Of a stretch of DNA of 64,000 nucleotides, positions 19,245 through 28,832 are shown piece by piece. Every line of letters begins with the position of its first letter. Positions within the stretch are counted from its first letter, which is position 1. The notes under the pieces are model-generated. The model ran no database searches, was not told where the DNA came from, and worked only from the letters and a program-made list of their open reading frames with translations. The translations under genes were made by a program, and so were the position numbers. Source of the DNA: a virus (Duplodnaviria > Caudoviricetes); the IMG/VR virus record IMGVR_UViG_3300021121_000001, positions 51,328 to 115,327 of that record, one strand, 5' to 3'.

Positions 19245-19552
19245 TAAAAGCAATTTGTATAGATGATTCTGACAAACCCAAAGAAATACCACAAAGCAAA
19301 TGGCTTAAAAAAGATTCAGAATACACTATTATTAAAGTGACAGTTCATTCTAATCAGAAAAACATTCAAGGATGTGAACTATCAGAAATATCTTTAGATG
19401 AATCATGCCTTCCTTACGAATACTACAAACTATCAAGATTTGCTATAGCTTTGGATGATATGCAGAAATTAATAGAATTGGCAAAACTATCATCAGAATT
19501 ATCAGATGAACAGATAGAAAAACTTCTTGAGAAGGAACTTTTATTGAATTAA
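19241..19552 (+). CDS. Hypothetical phage protein
   Basis: Coupled ORF. Confidence 0.65.
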   Translation: MIKAICIDDSDKPKEIPQSKWLKKDSEYTIIKVTVHSNQKNIQGCELSEISLDESCLPYEYYKLSRFAIALDDMQKLIELAKLSSELSDEQIEKLLEKELLLN

Positions 19553-19701
19553 AAATTTAAAAGCCTCATTTACTGAAAAGTAGTGTTGTTCAAAATATTA
19601 AATCAATTAAAAATTAAAAATTAACTGAGGGGTTATTTCTAGGTTTGGTAGAATTGCATCAGGTAGTCTGGTGAGGCTTTATTTTAAAAAAAATTAATAC
19701 A

Positions 19702-21216
19702 ATGGAAAAAGAATTTAAAAAAGGAGATATGGTACTTATTCTCCAAAAATCCATATTTGGAGGAGAAGATCTTACAGGCTATGTGTGTGAGGTTTATAGA
19801 AGCACTGCTAGAACACATTCAACACTTGAGATAAAAGTAGAAGGTTTGCCTGGAGTAAATGCTATATCTTACGCTTTTGCAGAATCTGAAGTAAGGCTTC
19901 TTAAAAGTAAAGAAGAAATTCAGGAAGCCCTTCTTAAAAAAGCTAGAGAGCTTTATCCTATAGGAACTGTGTATGAATCAGTACAGGGATTTAAACATAC
20001 AATTAACACTATGGATTGGAAGCCAAGTCCTGTAGGTAAAGTATATGGACCTGACGGTCAAGGCTCTCTTTACTTAGATGGAAAATGGGCTAAAATTATA
20101 GAGAAAGTAGACTATTCTTCAAAGCAAGAACTTCTTGAAAAAGCTAAACGGGACTATACTATTGGAGTGAGATTCAAAAGTTTAGAAAGTGAAGGACTAA
20201 TAAGAGAAGTTACGCCTTACTCAGGTCATACAGGATGTACATGGTATGTTGGTTCTGATGGAGTAGTGAGATCTGATAATGGTATTGGGGATGGCAAAGG
20301 TTGTTCTAATCCTGCTATTTATAAACCTAATAAAGGTTGGGCAGAAATAGTCTACACTCCTGAAAAATCTCAAGGATCGCCTAAAACTATTTGGGATGAA
20401 TCTATAGTAGGTAAGAAACTAAGAGCTATAGTAAACTGTCCTGCTAATACAAATCATAAAAAAGGTGATATAACCGTAATGAAAAGACTGGATGGAAATA
20501 CTTTTACTGATGAAAAGTGGGGTTTTGCATATGCTGCAAAGGATATGTCACGCTATTTTGAATTAGTAGAAGAATCTGTTCAAAAATACAAAGTAGGAGA
20601 TAAGGTAAAAATAATTCATAAAGATGGCTTTCCTGCTCATTGTTTTAAAATAGGAGATGTAGTTAAAATAGTTACAATAGGTGATGAAAAAAACAATTTC
20701 ATTTTAAGAGGAGTTGATTGTAGTCAATTTGTACCTATGAGTGACATGGAACCTTTTTGTGAAACTGTAGAAACAGAAAAACCAAATAAAGAAGCTTTTG
20801 AAAACTGTAAAATATGGATAGGCGATAGTGAAGAGCTCTCTAGGAAAGTTCAGGAAAAACTTTTTGAGCTAGGTTTTGTCTGGGCAACAGACACAAAATC
20901 TAAATACTATCATGTTAATACTTCAAATGGAGTGTGTTTTCTTACTAGCGATAAAAAAATAACATGGGGAGATATAGATTCTTTTCAAAAAAAGAATCAT
21001 AAACAAGTATCTTTAGAAGATCTTGGTATATATGATCAAACATCTTGTGTAGCTCCGGAAACTTCAGTGGTGCCTATTTCAAAACCTGTTAAAAAGACAG
21101 TACAAACAGATGTAAGAGTAAGTTCTTACACAACTGTAGTACTAGACCTTCCAAAAACTCAACCAAAGAAAATAAAACAAGTAGTTCTTTTAAACAACAA
21201 AACAGTAACAATTTAA
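19702..21216 (+). CDS. Mosaic multi-module hypothetical protein with internal repeats
   Basis: Two LLxKAxxxYxIG...WAxI modules and KxGDxV (KOW/SH3-like) modules. Confidence 0.75.
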   Translation: MEKEFKKGDMVLILQKSIFGGEDLTGYVCEVYRSTARTHSTLEIKVEGLPGVNAISYAFAESEVRLLKSKEEIQEALLKKARELYPIGTVYESVQGFKHTINTMDWKPSPVGKVYGPDGQGSLYLDGKWAKIIEKVDYSSKQELLEKAKRDYTIGVRFKSLESEGLIREVTPYSGHTGCTWYVGSDGVVRSDNGIGDGKGCSNPAIYKPNKGWAEIVYTPEKSQGSPKTIWDESIVGKKLRAIVNCPANTNHKKGDITVMKRLDGNTFTDEKWGFAYAAKDMSRYFELVEESVQKYKVGDKVKIIHKDGFPAHCFKIGDVVKIVTIGDEKNNFILRGVDCSQFVPMSDMEPFCETVETEKPNKEAFENCKIWIGDSEELSRKVQEKLFELGFVWATDTKSKYYHVNTSNGVCFLTSDKKITWGDIDSFQKKNHKQVSLEDLGIYDQTSCVAPETSVVPISKPVKKTVQTDVRVSSYTTVVLDLPKTQPKKIKQVVLLNNKTVTI

Positions 21217-21239
21217 AAACAAACAAAAATTCAAAAAAA

Positions 21240-21644
21240 ATGGCAAAAACACCAACCAACAAGTCTGTAGAGAAAGCAATCACTAAAACCTCTTACAGAG
21301 ATCTGATCACTATGAGTGATAGCCAAGTTCAAGCAGAACAAGTAGATTTCTCAGTAGAAAGAGCTGAGAACAGTATTGAAAAAGCTATACTGGATGTAAA
21401 AGGCCAGTATATAGACAAGATGTCTGCTGTAAAATCAGCAGAATTGAAAGTGTCTGATGCTCTTAAAGCTGTAGAAAAAGCTAAAAGAGCTGTGCCTTTG
21501 GATCCTAATGCCCTTATCAGAACTTTCCAAGCTGCTAAACAAGCTGACCTGGATCTTGAAGCAGCTCAGGAAGATGCTTCAAATGTGCTTGCAGTTCTGG
21601 ATTTTCTTCAGGTAACTCAGGAAGAACTTTTTCCTAACGCATAA
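21240..21644 (+). CDS. Coiled-coil hypothetical protein
   Basis: Ala/Glu-rich heptads; terminator follows. Confidence 0.7.
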   Translation: MAKTPTNKSVEKAITKTSYRDLITMSDSQVQAEQVDFSVERAENSIEKAILDVKGQYIDKMSAVKSAELKVSDALKAVEKAKRAVPLDPNALIRTFQAAKQADLDLEAAQEDASNVLAVLDFLQVTQEELFPNA

Positions 21645-21662
21645 TTAATTCACTACTTGTTT

Positions 21663-21694
21663 CCCTCCTGTACTAACCTTACAGGAGGGTTTTT
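21663..21694 (+). terminator. Rho-independent terminator
   Basis: CCCTCCTGTA..TACAGGAGGG-TTTTT. Confidence 0.8.
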
Positions 21695-21707
21695 AAATCT
21701 TAAACAC

Positions 21708-21977
21708 ATGAAATACATAGTAATACCAATTTCAAAATTTATATACAGACTATTTCTTACAATTCTCTATACATCTTATCTAGTCATTGTAGCAATTGTG
21801 AGCATTCTATGGACTTTAGATACAGAAGTTCTGTATGATTTTCATGTAGAATTGAGTGAAACAATTATACATGAATATAGTTTGTATGCAGAACGAAGAC
21901 ATTACAAAAACTATTTGTGCGCTATTTGGAGAATAGGAAAGTATACAATTGGTAAAAGCCCTAATATTTATGATTGA
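21708..21977 (+). CDS. Membrane protein
   Basis: Likely start MKYIVIP; TM segment. Confidence 0.55.
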   Translation: MKYIVIPISKFIYRLFLTILYTSYLVIVAIVSILWTLDTEVLYDFHVELSETIIHEYSLYAERRHYKNYLCAIWRIGKYTIGKSPNIYD

Positions 21978-22179
21978 ACCTGAAGAAATTATAACCTTTG
22001 AAGAACTACATCACCGATTAGCTAAAAGATCCTTAACTAAGTATAAGGGCAATATAACTCACGCCTCTAAAGCTATGGGAGTTTCAAGAAGATGTATGAA
22101 AAGATGGATGAATAGTTTCAAAATAGACATTAAAGAATATGAAAATAAACACCGTAAAACAAAGACTAAAGCTGTATAA
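21970..22179 (+). CDS. Fis-type HTH protein
   Basis: SLTKYKGNITHASKAMGVSRRCM matches the Fis HTH pattern. Confidence 0.7.
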   Translation: MIEPEEIITFEELHHRLAKRSLTKYKGNITHASKAMGVSRRCMKRWMNSFKIDIKEYENKHRKTKTKAV

Positions 22180-22495
22180 AAAAGCTTTAAAGGATTTTGA
22201 AAAAGAGTTATCTGGAATAAATGACATGAAAGATACTTTAGATCGTAACGACTCCGGATTTTGCACATATTTTTATATTAACGAAAGTATAGTTGATATT
22301 AGCACTCTTCCTGAATTGTACAAGCAAAAACCAAAAAAAGGATATAAAAGCATATATAAAATTATTGAAAGGGGTAAAATAAAAACTCTTTTCCATAGAA
22401 GTTATTGGTATAAACCAACAAATATCAAAATAAGAATAAGAGATCTAAAAAGAGCAGTAGCTAATTGTGAACAAAAAATAAACCCAAAACAATGA
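22139..22495 (+). CDS. Hypothetical protein (paralog of 17288..17614)
   Basis: Shared motifs. Confidence 0.65.
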   Translation: MKINTVKQRLKLYKKALKDFEKELSGINDMKDTLDRNDSGFCTYFYINESIVDISTLPELYKQKPKKGYKSIYKIIERGKIKTLFHRSYWYKPTNIKIRIRDLKRAVANCEQKINPKQ

Positions 22496-23058
22496 TAAAA
22501 GACCTGATAAAACTGCCTGTACAGGTAGTATGTTTAGAAACTGGCTATGCTGTACATGACGAAGATTTAAAGATGTGGATTGCAGTAGGTGATAAAGACC
22601 TAGCCGAAGCCCTCTGCACCCTAATCAACGCTCACAATGCTGATGTGGGCAAACTGGCGGAGGAGTATGCCTATAAAATGTACCCTAAAGTAGATGACCA
22701 TGCCAATGTAAGAATGAGGCAAGCGTTAAGAGAATCGCTCATAGATGCCGTCCTCTACGGATCAACCCTAAATAGTGGGGCTAATGATACTCAACCTGCT
22801 CCCCTCCGTCCTCTCAGAGAACTGGCAGAAGATAAAGAAATGTGCGAGGAAATTGCGAGGTTGTGCAATCCAGAGAAAAAAGAAGTATTTGCAGTGTCAA
22901 GTGGTAATAAATTTGTCAAACTTGTAATGGAAGATTACGATTTGATAGTTTATGAAAACGGTCAACTGGAATATGCCGATGATTTCGGAAATCAAACACC
23001 TGATAACACATTTGCCATCTGCGCTCTTATTTCATCAAAATATAAAATTGGAGAATGA
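22492..23058 (+). CDS. Hypothetical protein (GC-richer block)
   Basis: Coupled ORF. Confidence 0.65.
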   Translation: MIKDLIKLPVQVVCLETGYAVHDEDLKMWIAVGDKDLAEALCTLINAHNADVGKLAEEYAYKMYPKVDDHANVRMRQALRESLIDAVLYGSTLNSGANDTQPAPLRPLRELAEDKEMCEEIARLCNPEKKEVFAVSSGNKFVKLVMEDYDLIVYENGQLEYADDFGNQTPDNTFAICALISSKYKIGE

Positions 23059-23321
23059 AAGTATATCAAACTGATGCTGGATTAGGTTATATGCAATTAG
23101 CATTTCTAGTCTGTTTAGAAAAAAGCGAAAATGGATATAACTACTTATGTATAGATACTCAGCTTATAGGTGAAGATGACAATATGTATCAAATAGGTAA
23201 CATCGTAAAAGACTTAGAGGGTATTTATGTTCAAGAAACTAATTATGACATAACTCAAAGCCCACTGTATAATACTTATCTATTCAAATTCTTTTTAGAA
23301 AATTATAAACTTAACCAATGA
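23055..23321 (+). CDS. Hypothetical protein
   Basis: Coupled ORF. Confidence 0.6.
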   Translation: MKVYQTDAGLGYMQLAFLVCLEKSENGYNYLCIDTQLIGEDDNMYQIGNIVKDLEGIYVQETNYDITQSPLYNTYLFKFFLENYKLNQ

Positions 23322-23689
23322 GAGTAACCAAAGAAATAGCCGAAGCCTTGAAAGATATAGGGTATGATGTGACGTGTGATGGATTCTATTACCGTGACCA
23401 CACCATAGGAGCGTTTGAAAGCCAGGAATCGCAAAACTTTAATGCGTCCCTAAATAAAATCTCCGCCCCCACAGTCTACGAAGCAATTGAATTTACTGAT
23501 AGTAAGGGGGTGTATGTAGAGGTTTATACAGAAACATACGATGACGCCACAGAAATTGCAGGTTTTAAATACAGCATCTATGCTCCAACAAGATCTGGCG
23601 GTAGTATGACACTTTACCCCACCCGTCTCGCCGCCTACACAGCAGGTCTGCCGATAGCAATTAATCATATAAAAAATAAGAAAGGATGA
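23318..23689 (+). CDS. Hypothetical protein (same family as 28415..28831)
   Basis: AxxLxxxG...ISAPxxxxA. Confidence 0.65.
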   Translation: MRVTKEIAEALKDIGYDVTCDGFYYRDHTIGAFESQESQNFNASLNKISAPTVYEAIEFTDSKGVYVEVYTETYDDATEIAGFKYSIYAPTRSGGSMTLYPTRLAAYTAGLPIAINHIKNKKG

Positions 23690-24042
23690 CTAACGAAGAA
23701 CTAGAATCAGCGATTAAAACCGTAATGGTGTTTGATGGATGGGAACTGAAATCCGCTAATGGGGTATCTTACTATGAGAATAGTGAAGGTTTATTAATTT
23801 TTGAATACGAAATATTGGCAAAGTATCCCATTCACGAAGATTGGCGTTTGCTCCATCCTGTATGGGAGAAGTTTAGGGATATGTTAGATGAAATTATGAA
23901 AATGGACTTATCTGTTTGGTTGGAGTATTATAAGCATAGAGCAACGGTTAGCACACAAATTTCATTTGGCACCCCTCTCGAAGACTTCACTGCCCTACAC
24001 TCTGCAATAGTATGGTTTAACTCTATAAATAAGGAGGGATGA
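23686..24042 (+). CDS. Hypothetical protein
   Basis: Coupled ORF; DWxxLxPVxEK motif. Confidence 0.6.
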   Translation: MTNEELESAIKTVMVFDGWELKSANGVSYYENSEGLLIFEYEILAKYPIHEDWRLLHPVWEKFRDMLDEIMKMDLSVWLEYYKHRATVSTQISFGTPLEDFTALHSAIVWFNSINKEG

Positions 24043-24257
24043 AAGATAAAGAGCAAAAAGACGTAAGGTTAGTAACGTGCAATTATTGCGGATTGGTAAA
24101 TAGTTGTGGTGAACCAAAACCATCTGAAAAACTAGGCAGTAACCGAAAAGATAGATGGCGCACAATATCAATAGTGAGTTATGCTGATTATCAAGATAAA
24201 ATTGAAAAAGGTATGTGTTTTAACCTAAATCACAGAAAAGAAAATCCACACGATTAA
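24039..24257 (+). CDS. Small CxxC protein
   Basis: Coupled ORF. Confidence 0.5.
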   Translation: MKDKEQKDVRLVTCNYCGLVNSCGEPKPSEKLGSNRKDRWRTISIVSYADYQDKIEKGMCFNLNHRKENPHD

Positions 24258-24455
24258 CTAACAAACCCGCGCAGGCAACGGTAAATCCTGTATGAAAGAT
24301 GAACAAAAAGCTAATTCAAAGAATCGAAGAAATATTTACAGCAAAGCTACAAGCTAAAACTGGGTGGGGTAAAAATGAAATATTGATACTCTATAAAGAA
24401 TCTGTTAATGAGGCTTGCCTTGAAATGATTAACTAACTTCTAAAACCACCAAACC

Positions 24456-24890
24456 ATGACCGACATCAAACAATACCTGCCTTATTGTGTAGGCAGGAGA
24501 GCTTCCTTTAGGGATATAGAAACCAATTCAGCGACAGATGCAATTTTAACTTATGATGCATTATCTATATACGCAGAGGATAAAGATTACACCATCATCC
24601 CCCACATGCGAAAGCTAAGTAGTTTGACGGAGGAGGAGGCGAAAGAATTGCTGAAACGCGATAAAGACCATATTGAAGGTAATAATTACGGATGGATGGC
24701 TATCAAACCTGATAGAGTAACGTGTACAGTAAAATCCCAAAAATATGATTCATTTACAGCGAGAGTATATTTCAATTCTATGAACGGCGACCAATTCCAC
24801 TACCTCACCACAATCGGCATAGCATGGTGGGCTACTGATGATATGTGGGAGAGTGGGGCTTTGATTGAAATTAACCAGGAGCAAAAATAA
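24456..24890 (+). CDS. Hypothetical protein
   Basis: YLPY..PxxRxLSSLTEEE motif. Confidence 0.65.
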   Translation: MTDIKQYLPYCVGRRASFRDIETNSATDAILTYDALSIYAEDKDYTIIPHMRKLSSLTEEEAKELLKRDKDHIEGNNYGWMAIKPDRVTCTVKSQKYDSFTARVYFNSMNGDQFHYLTTIGIAWWATDDMWESGALIEINQEQK

Positions 24891-24894
24891 AAAT

Positions 24895-25137
24895 ATGAAA
24901 AAACTAATATTAATAGCTATAACAGGAATATTGTTAAGTTCCTGTAAATTAACTCCATCAGTAATTTGTGGAAGGTCTTATCCTATAATTGTTAGAAAAG
25001 AACTTGAAAATAATAACTATGGTAAGTTTTTCTATAAAATAGAAAGTTATAGTCCTGCTAGATCAACTTGTACTATAGAATTTTATTCAGATTCTGATTT
25101 CAATGTAGGCGATACTTTAAAAATAAACAAATTTTAA
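24895..25137 (+). CDS. Putative lipoprotein
   Basis: MKKLILIAITGILLSSC signal peptide with lipobox. Confidence 0.65.
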   Translation: MKKLILIAITGILLSSCKLTPSVICGRSYPIIVRKELENNNYGKFFYKIESYSPARSTCTIEFYSDSDFNVGDTLKINKF

Positions 25138-25140
25138 AAC

Positions 25141-25401
25141 ATGATAATCAGTATAATAATTATGTACCTTTTAGGGGTATTTTTTGCTTATTTAGCCGCA
25201 GGTTACGCTAATGACCTTAATGGAATACCTTACATTTCTTTTGGAGATTGTACAGCAAGCTATTTGAGTTTTATTGGCATTTTATTGCACATTCAAACAG
25301 AGTACGGTATGGGAAAAAATAAAAAACAAACATATCCGAGCCTAAAAAGATTTTTAAAAATTTTCAAACAAACAAAAAGCAATGAAAGACAATCAAATTA
25401 A
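25141..25401 (+). CDS. Membrane protein
   Basis: Two hydrophobic segments. Confidence 0.55.
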   Translation: MIISIIIMYLLGVFFAYLAAGYANDLNGIPYISFGDCTASYLSFIGILLHIQTEYGMGKNKKQTYPSLKRFLKIFKQTKSNERQSN

Positions 25402-25586
25402 AAGCACAATCACTGGTTTTAACCAGGATGGAACAAAAAGAGTGATTAGAGTGTGGGGAAATTATAACTACTCTCAGGGAGTAAAACTCATGCAAGATCT
25501 TGAAAAACACAACTATAAATCAGCATTAGTATCATGATAGTGGTGGAAAATATAGAAATGGATCAGGAACATAATATAAATTAATT

Positions 25587-26105
25587 ATGAATAGTAGATG
25601 TTGTAACTCAAAAATACAAAAAGACTATCTGGGAAATAAAAGGTGCAGCTATTGTATGTTAATAGCTGCACCAAAATGGAACTTTAGAATATTGTATATA
25701 TTTATATTTGGTATGATACTTATGGGATTTTCTGTTAAAGGTATAAAACCAAAAGATATTCCTAAATATAATATTTGCAGAGACAGTTGTGATGTAGAAC
25801 TTGAAGATAGTTGTATTCTTAAAGAACTAATTTCAGATAGTTGTATATTTCCGGAAATTGCATTAAAACAAATACACAAAGAAAGTAATTGGTATAAAAG
25901 CCAATTAACTAAAGAAAACAAGAATTTATTAGGTTTGAAATGTTCATGTCTTTATACAAAAGGATTTAAAAATGGACATAGTGAATATTCTTCTTACAAA
26001 AATTGTATAAAATGTTACACAATATTTTTTAATTCTTATTGGAATAAATATTTTAAAAATTACGCCGAAGATCCAAATTATCAAAAAAATATAACTAAAA
26101 TGTAA
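25587..26105 (+). CDS. Membrane-anchored glucosaminidase (GH73/FlgJ-like peptidoglycan hydrolase)
   Basis: QxxxESxW, NLLGLK and YAEDPNY motifs; TM helix near residues 33-50. Confidence 0.75.
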   Translation: MNSRCCNSKIQKDYLGNKRCSYCMLIAAPKWNFRILYIFIFGMILMGFSVKGIKPKDIPKYNICRDSCDVELEDSCILKELISDSCIFPEIALKQIHKESNWYKSQLTKENKNLLGLKCSCLYTKGFKNGHSEYSSYKNCIKCYTIFFNSYWNKYFKNYAEDPNYQKNITKM

Positions 26106-26111
26106 AAAATT

Positions 26112-26357
26112 ATGAAAAATAAGAGTATTTTGTGGACAATCAAATATTTAGGACTTGGAGCAGTGAATAATATAAAATATTGTAGTTTGTTTCCAAGAAA
26201 TAAGAAAAGAAAAGAAGGCATAATAGCTTATAAAACAACAAGAACAATAAAAGTTAATACTTATTTCCCTGAAAATTGGCTAAATTCTGATGAAGCAACA
26301 CGCTTAAAGCAAATTGGAGAAAATTTAATTGAAAACAAAATAACATGCAAAAGCTGA
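26112..26357 (+). CDS. Hypothetical protein
   Basis: ORF. Confidence 0.5.
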   Translation: MKNKSILWTIKYLGLGAVNNIKYCSLFPRNKKRKEGIIAYKTTRTIKVNTYFPENWLNSDEATRLKQIGENLIENKITCKS

Positions 26358-26435
26358 AATGGAAATAATAGGCGTAATTTTAGGAATAACGATTATAGTT
26401 GTAATAGACATAATTGTACAAAACATTAAAAGAAA

Positions 26436-26654
26436 ATGAAAACAGCATTACAAGAACTATTGGATTGGATGAACTCCCAAATGTTCATAAAACCAAAAGA
26501 TTTATATAGTAAAGTAAAAGAACTACTCCCAAAAGAAAAAGAGCAAATTGAAATAGCTTTTGAAGAAGGAATGTATAATGCAGCAATAGTCAATTTTGGT
26601 TTTGGAGATGAATATTACATTAAAACATACGAAACAGATGAAGAAATACTTTAA
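26436..26654 (+). CDS. Hypothetical protein (paralog of 19047..19244)
   Basis: Shared motifs. Confidence 0.65.
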   Translation: MKTALQELLDWMNSQMFIKPKDLYSKVKELLPKEKEQIEIAFEEGMYNAAIVNFGFGDEYYIKTYETDEEIL

Positions 26655-26874
26655 GCCTGAGGGGGATAGACTACAACTAACCTACGATACATTCTATGAC
26701 AATAGTTTGGAATGTGCTAGTTTTTATTTAGGACCGGGTATATATTACAGCTTTCCTAAGGATAAAAGATCTTCTAGCTGTATATGCCTTACTTTGAATC
26801 TTATATTAATTAACATAGAGCTTTGGATAATACTAAGGCGAGAAAACTATAACAATGAGACAAAAAGACTTTGA
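26638..26874 (+). CDS. Hypothetical protein
   Basis: Likely start MKKYFKP. Confidence 0.5.
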   Translation: MKKYFKPEGDRLQLTYDTFYDNSLECASFYLGPGIYYSFPKDKRSSSCICLTLNLILINIELWIILRRENYNNETKRL

Positions 26875-27250
26875 TGAAATAGCTAGAATGGTTGATATGG
26901 TTAGAAATAAAGAAGCAAACTTATCTTCTTTTGAAGATGGCTTGTTATTTATACTTGCTGAAACAGACTCAGCTTGGGATAAATTTACAAAGTTACTAAA
27001 CATAAGATACCGTATGCTCCAAAAACTATTGAAGGAATCAAACTTTCAATTATCAAGATCAGAAGTATTTGTGACGAATCCTAAATATCAGAAACCAAAA
27101 GATAAGACTTTTGTTCAATCAGAAATACATAAGCATTTTATTGATAATTGGGGGAAGATGGGCGTTGGTCACTGTTTTAAGAATAAAGAACAAGTTGAGC
27201 AGGAACTTAAAAATTTAATCATTAAAAAAATAAAGAATGAAACTACCTAA
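26855..27250 (+). CDS. Hypothetical protein
   Basis: Coupled ORF. Confidence 0.6.
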   Translation: MRQKDFDEIARMVDMVRNKEANLSSFEDGLLFILAETDSAWDKFTKLLNIRYRMLQKLLKESNFQLSRSEVFVTNPKYQKPKDKTFVQSEIHKHFIDNWGKMGVGHCFKNKEQVEQELKNLIIKKIKNETT

Positions 27251-28412
27251 ATACTTTGCAATTAAATGTCCTACAGATTATGAAACAAACGTACTATGGA
27301 CTAGATTCTTAAAATGGCTTAATAAGTATGGGCATAAAAATGGTATGAGAAGTGAATGGGATGGTGATTCTGTAGGTTGTTATTATGGTACAGAAAATAC
27401 AACTCAAGGTACTAATGTGTGGAGCAGAATATCTCAATTTGAAGAAGGTACTGTAGAAATAACTCTTGAACAGTGGGATGAAATTGTAAATGGATTTAAA
27501 CTGCCTGAAAAATGGTATTGTGTTATTACAAAAGAGAATCAAGAAATTTTGGAAAATTGGAGAAAATCGGTTTGTTCTGGAGATCATAAAAAAAATGTAA
27601 TTTTTTCTAAATATTGTGTTCTTTCTTCTCATTGGAATGATAACTCTTATTACTGGACTGGAGAACTTAAGCATTTAGAATCAAAAGGATACCAAGAAAT
27701 AACAACAGAACAGTTTATCAAACACGTTTTAAAACAAAAAGAAATGAAAGACACAATTTTGAAAGAGGGGGATATTGTTGAATTGTTAGATATAAAATAT
27801 ACGGTACGAAAACCTGAAGAACAATGGTATCTGAAGAATTCTTTTCCTTTAGATAATAGTGATGAAATTTTTATCAGGCTTGGTTTAAATAAACAAGTTC
27901 TTCAAAGAAAAACTTTAGGGTATTCTGGAGTAGGGGCTTTTCCAGAATGTGAAACTGCTGAAGATTTAACAAAATTTGTAACTGCTATCCAACAAGAAAT
28001 ACTTAAACAAGAAAAACAAAAAGAAATGAAAAACAGAACAATATCAGCAGCAAATGCTCAAAGAATAATCAATATCGCTTGTGAAAATTGGAAACAGAAA
28101 CTAGCTGCAAATTGGGGTTTTAATATAGCCCTGTCAAAAGATATAGAGATTTTAGAAGATTTTTATCAAGAAATGAGAAAAGCTTGTACAGATTCTCAAA
28201 ATGTTCTATTTGATGATATATTTGGAAAAGATGTAGAAGTATACCCTGATGGAACTCCTTGTTTGGTTAGAACATCTAATGCCGATACTTGGACTTTAAG
28301 ATATGCTAATGGTAAAGGAGAGTTCTATAACGTGGGTAGAAAATCTGGGACTTCCTCTACGTGGGTATACCACATGAAACTAGATATTAATAACCTTCCT
28401 GTAAATCAATAA
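27237..28412 (+). CDS. Mosaic multi-module hypothetical protein
   Basis: Two KLP...EITxEQ modules; KQKEMK junction twice. Confidence 0.75.
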   Translation: MKLPKYFAIKCPTDYETNVLWTRFLKWLNKYGHKNGMRSEWDGDSVGCYYGTENTTQGTNVWSRISQFEEGTVEITLEQWDEIVNGFKLPEKWYCVITKENQEILENWRKSVCSGDHKKNVIFSKYCVLSSHWNDNSYYWTGELKHLESKGYQEITTEQFIKHVLKQKEMKDTILKEGDIVELLDIKYTVRKPEEQWYLKNSFPLDNSDEIFIRLGLNKQVLQRKTLGYSGVGAFPECETAEDLTKFVTAIQQEILKQEKQKEMKNRTISAANAQRIINIACENWKQKLAANWGFNIALSKDIEILEDFYQEMRKACTDSQNVLFDDIFGKDVEVYPDGTPCLVRTSNADTWTLRYANGKGEFYNVGRKSGTSSTWVYHMKLDINNLPVNQ

Positions 28413-28414
28413 TT

Positions 28415-28831
28415 ATGACAGAACTATTTGTACCATACAAAGAAGCAAAAGATTTAAGAGACTTAGGCTTTAATGAAGAGTGTTTAACTACTTACTTAAA
28501 TGGTGAGTTAGAAACTAAAGAAATGTTTTTCTTTACACATACCTTTAGAAGTCACGAAACTCAAGAGTTTATATCGGCTCCACTATATTCACAGGCTTTT
28601 AAATGGTTTAGAGAGAAACATAACGCCCACTATGCAATAAGTAGATACCCACAAGGAGCTATCGAAGCTTCTAATAAAAATGGTGGGAATTTAAAAAAAT
28701 ATGGTTGGTATATATGTAAAGATGAATTAAATCCGTCTATACCTAAAGACGGCAGTGGTCAATGTGATACCTATGAAGAAGCTGAATTAACTTGCCTGAA
28801 AAAATTAATTGAAATAACAAAACAAAAATAA
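28415..28831 (+). CDS. Hypothetical protein (Bacteroidota-phage family)
   Basis: FVPYxxAxxLxxLGF..APLYSQAFKWFR..YEEA. Confidence 0.7.
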   Translation: MTELFVPYKEAKDLRDLGFNEECLTTYLNGELETKEMFFFTHTFRSHETQEFISAPLYSQAFKWFREKHNAHYAISRYPQGAIEASNKNGGNLKKYGWYICKDELNPSIPKDGSGQCDTYEEAELTCLKKLIEITKQK

Positions 28832-28832
28832 A

